Part shown: piece after piece, positions 39,970-53,531 of the stretch
How the letters are laid out: each line of letters opens with the position of its first letter
Numbering within the stretch: position 1 is the stretch's first letter
Assembly: GCF_006345805.1 (NCBI RefSeq)
Contig: NC_043014.1
Coordinates: forward strand, 11,346,001-11,410,000
DNA: 64,000 nucleotides
Direction of reading: 5' to 3'
From: Octopus sinensis
Taxonomy: Eukaryota
Program-made: the position numbers and the translations under genes
The notes under the pieces: model-generated
Database searches by the model: none
Told to the model about the DNA's origin: nothing
The model's input: only the letters and a program-made list of their open reading frames with translations

Positions 39970-40054
39970 ACACACACACATATATATACATATATATATA
40001 TACTAGCTGAAGGTGACCCGCTCTACGCGCGGGTAAGAGTGTGGGTGTTACTTT

Positions 40055-40381
40055 CTGTTGCTTCCTTTCAGCACGTAAAAAGCACCATCCGAACGTGGCC
40101 GATTGCAGCACCGACTTGACTTGCTTCTGTGCCGGTGGCACGTAAAAAGCACCAACCGATCGTTGCCACTGCGAGCCCCCCTGGCACCAGTGCCGGCGGC
40201 ACGAAAAAAGCACTCACTACGCTCACAGAGTGGTTGGCGTTAGGAAGGTCATCCACCTGTAGAAACGCTGCCAGATCTGACTGGAGCCTGGTGCAGCCTC
40301 CTGGCTTCCGAGACCCCGGTCAAACTGCCCAACCCATGCTAGCACGGAAAACGGACGTTAAACGATGATGATGATGATGAT
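40055..40381 (+). mobile_element. 3' portion of a SINE/retroposon with (GAT)n tail and three GCACG(T/A)AAAAAGCAC repeats
   Basis: Motif repeats at ~40070, ~40137 and ~40199, then GGTTGGCGTTAGGAAGG.CATCC; ends in ggacgttaaacgatgatgatgatgat. Confidence 0.7.
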
Positions 40382-41372
40382 TCTCCGTATTTGTTTCTCT
40401 CTCCTTTCTCTCTCACTTTCCCACTCTCTTACTTTTCTTTTCTCTCTGATTCTCCCTCGCTTTCTCTTACTCTCTATCTTTATCTCTCTCCCATTTATAA
40501 ACAACAGAAGATCTTGAGTAATTTGAGAAATAAAATATTTAGAAAGATCAATCAGAAATATGAGGCAGTGGCAATGGAAAGATCTGCTTCAAGGCAGACA
40601 GCAAAACGCTAACATTTAAAAGGGACAGACGAACTTGCGAGCTGAATAAAAATAATAAAATATTGGAAACCAAAGTTTGAAGGGATAGAATCTGAGGATA
40701 GTAGAGTCACCATGGCTGGCATTTGTTAACGACGGACAGCAACGTAGTGACAGTTTAACGGCTGGCGTAAAATTTTGAACTTGATGTAAAAGAAAATTCG
40801 TAAACACCAAGTTTTGAAGTGATTCTTTCTCACGACAGTAGACTCACCATGGCAAGCATTCAAAACTTCTTTATCATGGACGGCAACACATTGACGATTA
40901 AAAGGCTGGCGCAAATTTTTTAGCTTGATGTAACAGAGAATTCCTAAACACCTGCTCCTTGAAATTTTAATCCCCTTCCAGCCCCATTTAGACCCCTTTT
41001 CACATTTTTGTAAATATAACCCGATTTCATTCGGGTCTACTGGGGCCACATTTTATAAGATGAGGAATTTTGTCCTAGAGGTGACGCCTTTCATTTGAGG
41101 AACAAAAGAGTTGTCATGCAAACTTGTCAGCACCTTTAACATAGGTGTGCATATTTTCAGCTGAATCGACCGACTACGAAATGCACACTTTATATATATA
41201 TGTGTATATATATATATGTGTGTGTGTGTGCACGCATTATATATACAAATGTATACAAATGAGATATATATCTGTATAAATTAAATTAGAGATAAAACCA
41301 CTAATAGGCAAATCAAACAGTGAAAAACCAAAAACAAAAACATAAAAAAGAAAATATAACATAGAAAATATA

Positions 41373-42388
41373 TCTATATATATAAAACTGTAGTTGTGTG
41401 AGTGTCTGTCCCCTTCGATTTAGATTCCTAACTACTCCCAAATTTTGCGGTGCAGTTTAACCAAATTCGGGTATCTTATAGTCGTGATTCATATCGAGCC
41501 CGTCTGGGTATTAGCGCGCGTCTACGATGAGTCTACGATTTTAAAAATAATTTAACATCATTTTTTATTCCATTTTAATGCATATTTTTTCGTGTGTCGA
41601 TGGCGGCGGAGTTGGCGTCCACGCTCACGCCTGAACCTGTGTTGCTTCTCCCCCTTCTTCCCTCCCTCGTGAAGCTGTGGGGAAGGGAGTGTAAGGAAAT
41701 CAACGTCGTAATGCGTTGTGAAGGAGACCAGCGTTCTTTTAGAACAACGACTTCATGGCTTGAAGACACCAAAACAGAAATGGCTAAAAAAGCTGAAGTA
41801 GATCCACAAAAACGACAAAAACCGCCACACAGGGCAGGTTTCCTGTGCAAACAATTTGCACAACCGAATGTTTTAGTTGTTGCACAAATCTTTATATATA
41901 AAAGTAAGGTTGTGTGTCTGTCTCCTACGATTTAGATTCCTAACTACTCCCACATTTTGCGGTACAGTGTAACCAAAACCGGGTATCTTATAGTCGTGAT
42001 TCATATCGAGCCCGTCTGGGTATTAGCGCGCGTCTACGATGAGTCTACGATTTAAAAAAAAAATTACCATCATTTTTTATTCCATTTTAATGGATTTTTC
42101 GCTATTATATAAGGGAAGTAACTCTCTAAAAATGTCTACGATGAGTCAACGATTAAAAAAAAATTACCATCATTTTTTATTCCATTTTAATGCATTTTTC
42201 GCTATTATATAAGGGAAGTAACTCTGTAAAAATGTCTACGATGAGTCAACGATTTAAAAAAGAAATTACTATCATTTTTTATTCCATCTTTAATGCATTT
42301 TTTGCTATTTTTTTTGCTATAACTCACTAAAAATATTTATATAGTTATTTCCCTTACAAACCCGAGCAACGCCGGGCGATACTGCTAG
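41373..42388 (+). mobile_element. Composite non-autonomous Helitron with two 5' ends and three ~100-bp internal repeats
   Basis: 5' ends TCTATATATATAAAA (41373) and TCTTTATATATAAAA (41889) are each followed by the same ~170-bp block. There is a single hairpin plus CTAG|T end at 42388, and the repeats lie at ~42033-42330. Confidence 0.85.
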
Positions 42389-42534
42389 TAAAATATAAAA
42401 TTGAAAACTTTAAATTATTTAAATTGAAAATAAAAATTATTAAATTATATTTATAATTTGTTTAAAAATATATATAACTATGAAAAAGTATGAAAAAGTT
42501 TAATATACATAAATACAGATATATACACTTTGTA

Positions 42535-42785
42535 TATATACATTATATATACATATTTATATATAGAACACACACACACACATACATTATATATACATAT
42601 TTATATATAGAACACACACACACACACATACATTATATATACATATTTATATATAGAACACACACACATACATTATATATACATATTTATATATAGAACA
42701 CACACACATACATTATATATACATATTTATATATAGAACACACACACACACACATACATTATATACATATATATATATATATAGA

Positions 42786-42815
<30 letters not shown>
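42535..42815. repeat. ~42-48-bp minisatellite (TACATTATATATACATATTTATATATAGAA(CA)n), 5-6 copies
   Basis: Direct inspection. Confidence 0.88.
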
Positions 42816-42816
<1 letters not shown>

Positions 42817-43239
42817 AATGAACGCAAGAATATTTGATTCATAATATTTGTTCTCATGCTGGTGTGTTGATTGTTGGTGACAGACATACACTTAAAAGAA
42901 CGTCGCCGAAGTGATAGGAAGGTAGGAAACAGAGTCAGTGAAAAAGAAAGGAAATAGCGATAGTGACAGATACTTTAAATAACCGTAGTGGACTTCTGAA
43001 AGTTATGAAGAGGAGTGACAGAGTACTGGAGGAAATAGGGTGAGGTAGGAAGATGGCCCCTAGCAAGCACACCTTTTAAGATAGGGATTTCTAAGGTAGC
43101 CCACGCGCATCGTCACCTCATTCTACATGTCCCTGTAAATTTTGGAGCGAATCGGACGGGATGTAGTGGCATTGAAAGCGATCCAAGCGGTAAAAACGCA
43201 TTTCAGTTTTATATATAGATATATATATATATATATATT

Positions 43240-43814
43240 AAGGTATGTAGAAAAATACAACATGGACAAGAACGTATAACTCTTAGAAGACGATACAATA
43301 AACACGGACAGGACATTCGAAACCCCCAGTCTTCAGTCAAGAACCGGATCATCGTAGTAATTTCGGCTGATTAATCTTGAGATTACTAGATCACGGCCAG
43401 CCCTCCAAGAAAAACTAAGCAACGAGCATTAGAAAAACTAAGCTGGGAGCGTAGATTTCCTGGAAGAAGGATCGAATGCATACGGACACCAGGACAGCAA
43501 AAGGGACGAATATAAAAAAACAATGGAATACAGAAACATGAAATACAGAAGCATTAACGGTGAAAACAACAAGTGTCTTACGACTGATAACAAGCAAACA
43601 AATTTTTTCTCTGGCGCAAGGAAAGGAGCCTTATCGGCGATGCCTATAGCGGCGGACGAAAAACAACGATGTTAACACGACGCTGGTCAGAAGCTGAAAG
43701 GCAGATTTCGGCCAGCAGTCACGTGACAGAGAAGAGAGAAAAGAAAAGAAAGAGAAGCAACGGAAGAGAGAGAGAGAGAGAGGAGAGAGAGAGGAGAGGG
43801 ACAAACGCGACAAA

Positions 43815-43850
<36 letters not shown>

Positions 43851-43857
43851 ATTATTG

Positions 43858-43897
<40 letters not shown>

Positions 43898-44189
43898 CAA
43901 AATGGGTCAAGAACGCAAAACATCCAAATAGACGATACAAAAAACACGGACGGGTTATTCGAAGCCTTTAATATTCAGTCAAGAACCGGGTCATCCTCGC
44001 AATTTCGGCTGATTAATCTCGAGATTGCTCCAAACGGGCCAGCCCCAAGGAAAATCCAAGCCGAGAGCACCAGATTCCTTGGAAAAAGGATCGAATGTAT
44101 ACGAAACAAGGACAGAGAAACGGACGATGTTACGCGAATATAAATACAAAAAAATATAAAATAAAGCGAATATAAATACGAAAGAAAAC

Positions 44190-44226
<37 letters not shown>

Positions 44227-44420
44227 TAAAATAATAATAATAATAATAATAATAACAGGATATAACAACAGACGTCTTTCGACTGGAGACGAATTGAATT
44301 CGGCTGGCGTGTTGAGAATTAAGCCTTACGGCAGACGAAAAGAACGATGTTACCGTTACCGTGGTCCGACGCAAAAGGGCTAGTAGTCGGCCAGCGGTCA
44401 CGTGAGAAGAGAAGAGAGAG
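43240..44420 (-). mobile_element. Two tandem (TA)n-anchored family F repeats (putative Penelope-related)
   Basis: 43240-43745 and 43892-44420 share blocks in the same order (caagaacg..., cttcagtcaagaaccgg, atttcggctgattaatct, aggatcgaatg, aacgatgtta, ggccagc.gtcacgtga). Each starts at (TA)n and ends at (GA)n. Confidence 0.6.
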
Positions 44421-44717
44421 AAAAAAGGAGCAAAGGAATTAAGGAGGGGGAGAAGAGAGTGCGCGTGTAGACCGAAGAATCAAGAATTGGCGAGAAAAAA
44501 GAAAGACAGAGACAGTGAAGTGCAAAGTAAGAAAGGCAAAGGAATGTGAGAGAGGGGGGAAAGAGTGTGTGTTGAAGTCGTACAAAGTTGAGTGAAATGT
44601 GTACTTACATATAAGAGAACAAAGTGTACGTACGCCGCTATATATATAAGATTTTTTTGCGTAATGAAATAAAAAAAACCAAGGCTGTGTAGATATTGGA
44701 ACATTTATAGATAGAAG

Positions 44718-44769
44718 GTCTTACAGCTGTTTCCAGGGTTTTTATTAATTATATCCCTTCATCGGAGAC
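44718..44769 (-). ncRNA. Hammerhead ribozyme motif (U4C variant) with palindromic stem III
   Basis: Minus strand: gucu CCGAUGA AGGG...CCCU g GAAAC AGCU GUA agac. Confidence 0.6.
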
Positions 44770-44965
44770 GGTGTGAGAGGATGGTTAAGTAATACTTAAT
44801 TCAGATAGGATACAAAATAGAGTGTGGTGGAGGAAAGAAAATAGATGTGAGATATGTAGGGATATTGAAGTTGTAGATCCATTTTCTAGGCAGAAAGGTA
44901 TATATGTAAGATTCCAATACCTTATGAGAAAAATCCAGCAGTATTTAAAATATATATATAGTCAA

Positions 44966-45355
44966 TCCGAACCTGAACAAGCAAGAAAAAACAACAACGC
45001 GTGGACGTGGAATAAGTACAGTGTTATTGGACGCTCAGGAAAGGAAAGAAAAGAAAGAGGATTTCATGTTTCGAGCGGGGCTCTTCATCAGAAATATAGA
45101 AAAAGTCCAAAGTAGGAAAGCCGAAGAAAATCGCCAACGATACGCACGCGGTCACACACACACACATACACACACGTGTAAGTATGTATATAACGGGAAA
45201 GTTTACGAAAATAAACAAAAGACGAAGGCAGGTGGAGTACAAACAAACAAATGGATTAGTATAGCGCTCAGGAATAGAAATAGAAAAAGTCTTTTACGTT
45301 TCGAGCCTACGCTCTTCGACAGAAAGATACACAGAAAAATACAAGGAGAGAAAAT
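44966..45355 (-). mobile_element. Two short Penelope-like repeats carrying hammerhead-like motifs
   Basis: Motifs at 45061-45095 (auuu CUGAUGA aGAGC ccc GCUC GAAAC AUG aaau) and 45291-45326 (cuuu CUGUCGA aGAGC guag GCUC GAAAC GUA aaag). Confidence 0.65.
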
Positions 45356-45658
45356 GTATATATGTACTGTACTTAATATTGTATAGACACACACATACAT
45401 ATATATGAATGCTTGTGTGTGTGCGTGTTTATTTTGTCCAACATATTTTAGAGGTGGGTGCTGGAAATTAAGGCGGCGTGCATTACCCACTGAGTCTTAT
45501 TAACTTCCTGACTCAAGTGAAATAGCTTTTCACACAGGAATTGAAAGCATGCTCCACACTTAACCTGCCGAAAACCACCCACTGACTTCTTTAAAGTGCT
45601 TTTTTCGATACACACAGACACACATACACACACACATATACAGCGAGAGAGTGGGGCG

Positions 45659-45751
<93 letters not shown>

Positions 45752-46048
45752 TGTTTCTTTATTAGCCACACAGGGCTGAATACAGAGGGGACAAATTACA
45801 AAGTAGAGCTTTTCTTTTTGGGGGGAGAAAAAAAGTAATGAAATAGATAGACGGATTGGTAGTTACATAAACAGAGGGACATACGGATAGAATTGAAGGT
45901 TTATAGAAACAAATAAACCGAGTGAGATGATGATTTAAGGAGAGATAAGCAAATAAATAATATATGATGTTAGATGCGTAAAAATGGTGGAAAGAGCGTA
46001 GAATTATGGAACGAAACGGTAACACTAAGAATCTGTACAATGAAAATA

Positions 46049-46103
<55 letters not shown>

Positions 46104-46112
46104 TACATATAT

Positions 46113-46314
46113 TCTTTTACTATTTACTTGTTTCAGTCATTTGACTGTGGCTATGCTGGAGCACCGCCTTTAGTCGAGCAAATCGACCCCGGGACTTATT
46201 CTTTGTAAGCCTAGTACTTATTCTATCGGTCTCTTTTGCCGAACCGCAAAGTTACGGAGGACATAAACACACCAGCATCGGTTGTCAAGCAATGCTAGTG
46301 GGACAAACACAGAC

Positions 46315-46362
<48 letters not shown>

Positions 46363-46524
46363 GACGGGCTTCTTTCAGTTTCCGTCTACCAAATCCACTC
46401 ACAAGGCGTAGGTCGGCCCGAGGCAATAGTAGAAGACACTTGCCCAAGAGGCCACTAAGTGGGACTGAACCCGGAACCATGTGGTTGGTAAACAAGGTAC
46501 TTACCACACAGCCACTCCTGCGCC
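46113..46524 (-). mobile_element. SINE family A, full length
   Basis: Near consensus. Confidence 0.9.
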
Positions 46525-46640
46525 TATATATATATAAATTATATATATACGTTAGGTATATGTATTTGCATAAGTAGACATACATATATAATAGGTACAT
46601 ATATAACTATATATATATATATATATAGGTACATATATAA

Positions 46641-46679
<39 letters not shown>

Positions 46680-46744
46680 CCAAATACGATTCTCTCTGAC
46701 TGTCTGTCTGTCTATCTGTCTCTCTCTCTCTCTTTCTTTTCTCT

Positions 46745-46785
<41 letters not shown>

Positions 46786-46912
46786 CTATATATATATATA
46801 TATATATATACATACACACATACATAATACATACATACATACATACATACATACATACATACATTCGTACATACATATTCCTAGAGATCGAGAGATAGAT
46901 AGATAGACAGAC

Positions 46913-46983
<71 letters not shown>

Positions 46984-47129
46984 GATGTGTGTGGGGAGGA
47001 GTGTGCACGTGAATATGTGTATGCGTGTGTCTCTGTAAATGTGTGTTGAAATCATTGCAGACAGATCAAGTTATCCTCCCTCTTCTCTCAGGTAATATTT
47101 CATATTTTTACTTCTCTGTCTTAATTACA

Positions 47130-47445
47130 CTTCCTTCCTTTCTATTTTCTTCCTCCCTTCCTTCCTTCTTTCCTTCCTTCCTTCCTTCCTTCCTTCCTCC
47201 TTCTTCCTTCCTTCCTTCCTTCTTTCCTTCCTTACTTCCTTCTTTCCTTCCTTCCTTCTCTCCTTCCTTCCTTGCTTGCTTCCTTGTTTCTTTCCTTCCT
47301 TCCTTCCTTCCTTCCTTCTTTCCTTCCTTTTTTCCTTCCTTCCTTCTTTCCTTCCTTCTTTCCTTCCTTCCTTCCTTCTTTCCTTCCTTCTTTCCTTCCT
47401 TCCTTCTTTCCTTCCTTCCTTTCTTCTTTCCTTCCTTCCTTCTTT
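47130..47445. repeat. (TTCC)n polypyrimidine tract
   Basis: About 300 bp of almost pure pyrimidine on the + strand. Confidence 0.92.
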
Positions 47446-47653
47446 TCAGTCTTTGTTTTTGTCATTCAATGTTTCACTGGCTTATTCATTTCTTTTTAGA
47501 AGAGTCGTTTCAATCACTGGACTGCCGCCACGCTGGAGCACGGCCTTGTAAGGGTTTAGCCCAATGGTTCTCAACCGGTGTCCATATAAGATTATGTAGT
47601 TAAAATTTGTTAATAAGAAATTGCTTCTGCTTCCACAATACATAAAGTACTTT

Positions 47654-48062
47654 TGTGTGGTAAGAAACTTGCTTCCCAACCACACGGTTCCGGTTTCTGT
47701 TCCACTGCGCGGCACCTTGGGTAAGTATCTTCTACTATTGCCTCGGGCCGATTAAAGCCTTGTGAGTAGATTTCGCAAACGGAAACTGGAAGAAGCCCGT
47801 CGTACATATATATGTATATATTTATGTGTGTGTGTGTCTTTGTATCTGAGTTTGTTCCCCACCACCTCCACCGCTACCATCGCTTGACAACTGATGTTGG
47901 TGTGTTTACGTCCCCATAACATAGCAGTTTGACAAAAACAACCGATATAATAAGCACTAGGTTTACAAAGAATATGTCCTGGGGTCGATTTGGTCGACTA
48001 AAATCCCTTAAGGCGGTGCTCCAGCATGGCCGCAGTCAACAGTCTGAAACAAATAAAAGAAT
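47654..48062 (+). mobile_element. SINE family A, older diverged copy
   Basis: Collinear with consensus, with more substitutions. Confidence 0.82.
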
Positions 48063-48082
48063 AATTCTTAATAATATTTAAT

Positions 48083-48452
48083 TCTGCGACGGACCCGCGT
48101 CCCGCCCAGGTGGGGAGCCTATACGTCAAGGAAACCGAGAAACCGGCCCTTATGAGCCAGGCATGGCTCGAGAAGGACCAACAAACACTTATTAAGACAA
48201 TAGCAGTTCAGTTAAATGCATATTCAAAATTGTAATTAGTTTACTATGTCACCAAGCTACACGCGGCTCCGGCAGAAGGTAATGGCGAACTTCTGCTGAC
48301 TCTTTCGCCATAACTTTCTCTCACTCTTTCCTCCTGCATCTTGCAGCTCACCTGCGACGGACCGGCGACCCGTCCAGGTGGGGAACCTATACGCCAAGGA
48401 AACCGGAAAACCGGCCCTTGTGAGCCAGGCATGGTTCGAGAAGAAACAAACA
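48083..48452 (+). mobile_element. Two 5'-truncated SINE family E (3' module 4) copies
   Basis: 48083-48187 and 48254-48452 match the 3' part of 54122-54417. Confidence 0.82.
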
Positions 48453-48476
48453 ATATTTAATTAGATAAAAATGCAC

Positions 48477-48930
48477 GCGCAGGAGTGGCTGTGTGGTAAG
48501 TAGCTTGCTTACCAACCACATGGTTCCAGTTTCTTGGGCAAGTGCCTTCTACTATAGCCTCCGGCCGACCAAAGCCTTGTGAGTGGATTTGGTAGACGGA
48601 AACTGAAAGAAGCCCGTCGTATGTATATATATATTATATATATATATGTGTTGTGTGTTGTGTGTGTGTGTGTGTTGTGTGTGTTGTGTGTGTGTGTGTG
48701 TGTGCGTGCGTGTGTGTTGTGTGTCTGTGTTTGTCCCCCTAGCATTGCTTGACAACCGATGCTGGTGTGTTTACGTCCCCGTCACTTAGCGGTTCGGCGA
48801 AAGAGACCGATAGAATAAGTACTGGGCTTACAAAGAATAAGTCCCAGGGTCGAGTTGCTCGACTAAAGGCGGTGCTCCAGCATGGTCGCAGTCAAATGAC
48901 TGAAACAAGTAAAAGAGTAAAAGAGAGTAA
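48477..48930 (+). mobile_element. SINE family A with a deletion in the B-box region
   Basis: GCGCAGGAGTGGCTGTGTGGTAAG head and AAAAGAGTA tail. Confidence 0.87.
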
Positions 48931-49924
48931 AGAATATACACCGATTAACTATGGAGATCCCGTAGAATTAAATGGAAATCAGAAAGATTCCACAGGCAAA
49001 ACATGGTTTAAAACCACTGGTTTTGTAGAAACAAATCGGCCCACCGTGTACGTTTTTATTAAGGTTCGTACTTCTTCTCTCGTACATCTATCATTACCAT
49101 CACGACTCTCACCCCTACCACCCTCACCACTACCACCACCAACACTACCACCACTATGGTATGAGAACTGTAATGATGATGGTGACGATGGCAGTTACTG
49201 TCAACAGTGACCATCATCAACAGTAACTGTGAGCAATGAGTGCAAAGCAGACGTTACCAAGCACCAATTTAAAACCAATCTACGACGTACCAGAGTCTGT
49301 TATTTATCTTATCAACAGGACCAGTTTTCGCTCTGAATAAAACTTTTCACTGTTCTTCTTTTCTCTCACTGATAATATAAACAACTATAATGGCAAATCG
49401 CTAAAACTTTCTGGACTCCAAAATTAGGAAAAAAATTTACTGCACTCAAACTTAATTATATTTTTCAATCAATTTTCTTTTCCATTTATCACCTTGTTAT
49501 TTTCTTGAAATATCGTTTTAATCTTATAAACAACTATCTAATATCGGTTTCAAATTTTGGTACAAGGCCAGCAATACTGGAGGAGAGGGTAGGTGGATAA
49601 CATCGATTACCCCACCCCACCCGGTGTTTAGCTGGTACTTATTTTAACGAGCCCGAAAGAATGGAAAGCAAAACTGACCTCGGCAGAATTTGAACTCAGA
49701 ACGTAAAGACGGAGGAAAAGTCGCTAAGCATTTTTGGCCTGCTCACTGCTTTAAACAGCTTATTAATTTTGATTTCAGCAAAATAGAGGTAGCTTATCCT
49801 GTTCAGGGTATATTGTTAACATTATCTTGCGTTTGAGAATTTAAAATCAATTCTTTAACTTTTATCTCAACGCTTCTAAAGCAAACTTCGTTTGTTTGTT
49901 TACGTTCATCGTAATTTGAATTTA

Positions 49925-49988
<64 letters not shown>

Positions 49989-50238
49989 CAGTGTTGGTGT
50001 ATTTATGTGCCCGTAAAAGAGACCGATAGAATAAGTACTAAACGTACAAAGAATAAGTCCTGGGACCGATTTGTTCGTCTAAAGACGGTGCTCCAGAATG
50101 GCCGCAGTCAAAATGGCTGACACAAGTAAAAGAATATGTATGTATGTATGTATGTATGTATATTTCAATATATGCGTATATGTGTGCATGTGTATGTGTG
50201 TATGTGTGCATGCATGTGTGTACGTGCGTGTGCCTGTG

Positions 50239-50270
<32 letters not shown>

Positions 50271-50348
50271 CACATATTTTTATGTATTTATGCGTGTATG
50301 CATTTATATAGATATATAGTACGTATGTCTATACACACACACCACACA

Positions 50349-50402
<54 letters not shown>

Positions 50403-50574
50403 CACACATATATGCATATATACATACATGTGTGTGTATGTATATATGTATATATTACGACCCGCATACACATAACTCCCTCCTTTACGCATTATCTCTC
50501 TCTTTCTCTCGTTCTTCCTATTATTTCCTATACACACACGTCTATCATCACTCACACCATGCCCCCCCCCCGCC

Positions 50575-50613
<39 letters not shown>

Positions 50614-51000
50614 CACAAACATCTGATACACATGGAGCAAGTCCCTGACTATATTTCTTTCTCTCCATCATCTCTTCGACACATGTATTAATATCTGCTT
50701 CTGTATTCTTGCACTTATCTTCATCGTCAACATATCTGCGAACATTTCTTCACCCATTCTACACACATTCTTTGTTTCATTCATTAGTTATTTTTCTTTT
50801 CTTTCTTTTCTCTTTCTCATTCTCACACACAACGCTCCTCATTTCCTGTTTAATCTCAGGCACTCTTCCTCTAGAAGACAAAACAGTGGTAAGTGGGTTA
50901 CTGGGGTTAGATTCGCCACCCTTCAGTTCCACATACGCTGAGGATACTGCATCGAGGAAACGATCTGTCTACGAAATACAAATATGGTATCAGGTATATA

Positions 51001-51224
51001 TATTTCTTTACTACCCACAAGGGGCTAAACATAGAGGGGATAAACAAGGACAGACAAACGGATTAAGTCGATTACATCGACCCCAGTGCGTAACTGGTAC
51101 TTATTTAATCGACCCCGAAAGGATGAAAGGCAAAGTCGACCTCGGCGGAATTTGAACTCAGAACGTAACGGCAGACGAAATACGGCTACGCATTTCGCCC
51201 GGCGTGCTAACGTTTCAGTGAGCT
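51001..51224 (-). mobile_element. SINE family C
   Basis: Reverse complement of 23806-24036. Further degenerate C fragments lie at ~70-190, 6180-6335, 7200-7368, 23608-23780 and 49545-49735. Confidence 0.88.
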
Positions 51225-52925
51225 TGAAGACTTTAGCATTTCAACCAACCATATCCAGCCCAAATATTCTACCTGTTCAAAGCGATCAGACCGGGCTAAA
51301 CTCATTTCTACAGCTGGGTGGGCTGGACTAATGTGAAACTAAGTATTTTTGCTCAAGAACACAAAGCATTATCCGGTCCAGGAATCGAAACCACAACCTT
51401 ACGATCTTGAGTCCAACACCTTAACCACTAAGCCATGCGCCTCCACTCTTGCGAGGTACTACCTGTAATATTCATATACAGCCAGGAGTAAATGAGGTAA
51501 GCTGAGTAGAAGAGCTCCCATCAAACAGACTTTACAAAGTTATTCCCAACTGAATTCAAATTATTTTCGTTGCTAATATCCTTTGGAGAATAATGAACGG
51601 TACAACTTTCTATTTACTATTCTCTTAACATACAGAACTTAATGCCTTACATAAAAACCTCATTAAATGAATGTGCTCCAAGTTTGTGTAGTACAACAAA
51701 ATATGTCTTTGCTACTGCTACCATAAAAATAATGAAATAAAATAGCCATCTACGTATCATACTTAATGTATATGCATCGTTGTCGTTCGGCTACTCATGG
51801 TGGTGTTTTTCTGAGATAACGTCTCTTACGGGCGTACTGTCCTAAAACGCAATAAATAGCATAGAGATGAAAATTCGTCCTAGCAGTGGCCGGCGAGAAA
51901 GTCTCCCTATGGTTGTCAAAATTGGTGGGGACCAACACAAACAAACAAACAAACACACACACACACACACACGTGTGTGTACGACGGGCTTCTTTTAGTT
52001 TCTGTTTACAAAATTCATTCACAAGGCATTGGTTGGTCCAGGGCTATAGTAGAAGATGTTTGCCCAAGGTGCAAATGCTTTTCAATAGCATGTACTCGTA
52101 GCCGGCCACATTCTCGAATGAGAGCTCATCGTCTCTGAAGTAGAAAACAAAAATGAAATTCACAGTTCTTGCGAAAAGCTGCCAGGTTGAATAAATATCC
52201 TGTATACGCATTTGAGGTAGTACTAAATTAAAATAGCCATCTATGTGGTGTAATTAATACATAGACTCTGTCATCGATAAGCTAGTTACTGCAGTATTTG
52301 TCTTGAAATAACATCTCTTATGGACTTGATGTGTTAAAAACACAATAAATATCTCAGGGAACGAAAATTCGTCCCAGCAGCGGCCAGTGAGAACGTTAAT
52401 AACATTTCGTCCTTTTGATACCTTTACAATGGGTGGTAGAAGAAAATGAAACTAAACATTCGCTGATGTTGCAAATGGCTGTTTGGCTGAATAAATAATC
52501 CGGTATAAGCCATTAAAGCAGGATTAAATTAAATTTTAAAATATTGAAATGATGATAAATGTTCAATCTGCTTCAAAAATTGTTTAAAATTTCTACCGCA
52601 AAATTCTACATCACTCTTATGTCTCTGAACACAGACGTCTTTTGTAATAAATGGTTAAGGCAGCAAAGAGGCAAAGAGGTATTAATTTCTGAAGGAAGAA
52701 ATGTTGAGAATACCCAGGTAGCGTATTACCAATGTTAATTATATATTTCTGTAGATAAAATTTCAGAACCTTCAAGGATCAAATTGTTAGTGTGACAAGA
52801 AAATGCTGACTGGCTTTTAAGTAATTTCATGCAACGAAATATTCTGAGGGACCTTTTAACCTTTTCTCTTCAAATATATATCCTGTGCCTTAGTTGTATT
52901 CATAACTATATTGAATATATGTACT

Positions 52926-53057
<132 letters not shown>

Positions 53058-53269
53058 GATTAACCGATGTCATATAAAATTCTAATCAGCAAAGCGAATT
53101 ATCATCATTTTTGGTAATCAGGTTGGCGACTATACATACATACATACATAATATCATATCATATCATATTATATTATATTATATACTATATTATATTATA
53201 TTATATTATATTACATTATGTTATATTATATTATAATATATTACATTATATACACGCACACACACGCTG

Positions 53270-53350
<81 letters not shown>

Positions 53351-53471
53351 ACACATATAAACATTTACAATATATACACACACACACATATATATATATT
53401 ATATACACATATATATATACATATATAAACATATATAATTATATATATATATATATATATACATACATATA

Positions 53472-53531
<60 letters not shown>

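Noticed and set aside
47025-47603. 192-aa F/L/P/S-rich ORF
   Set aside because: Translation of (TTCC)n.
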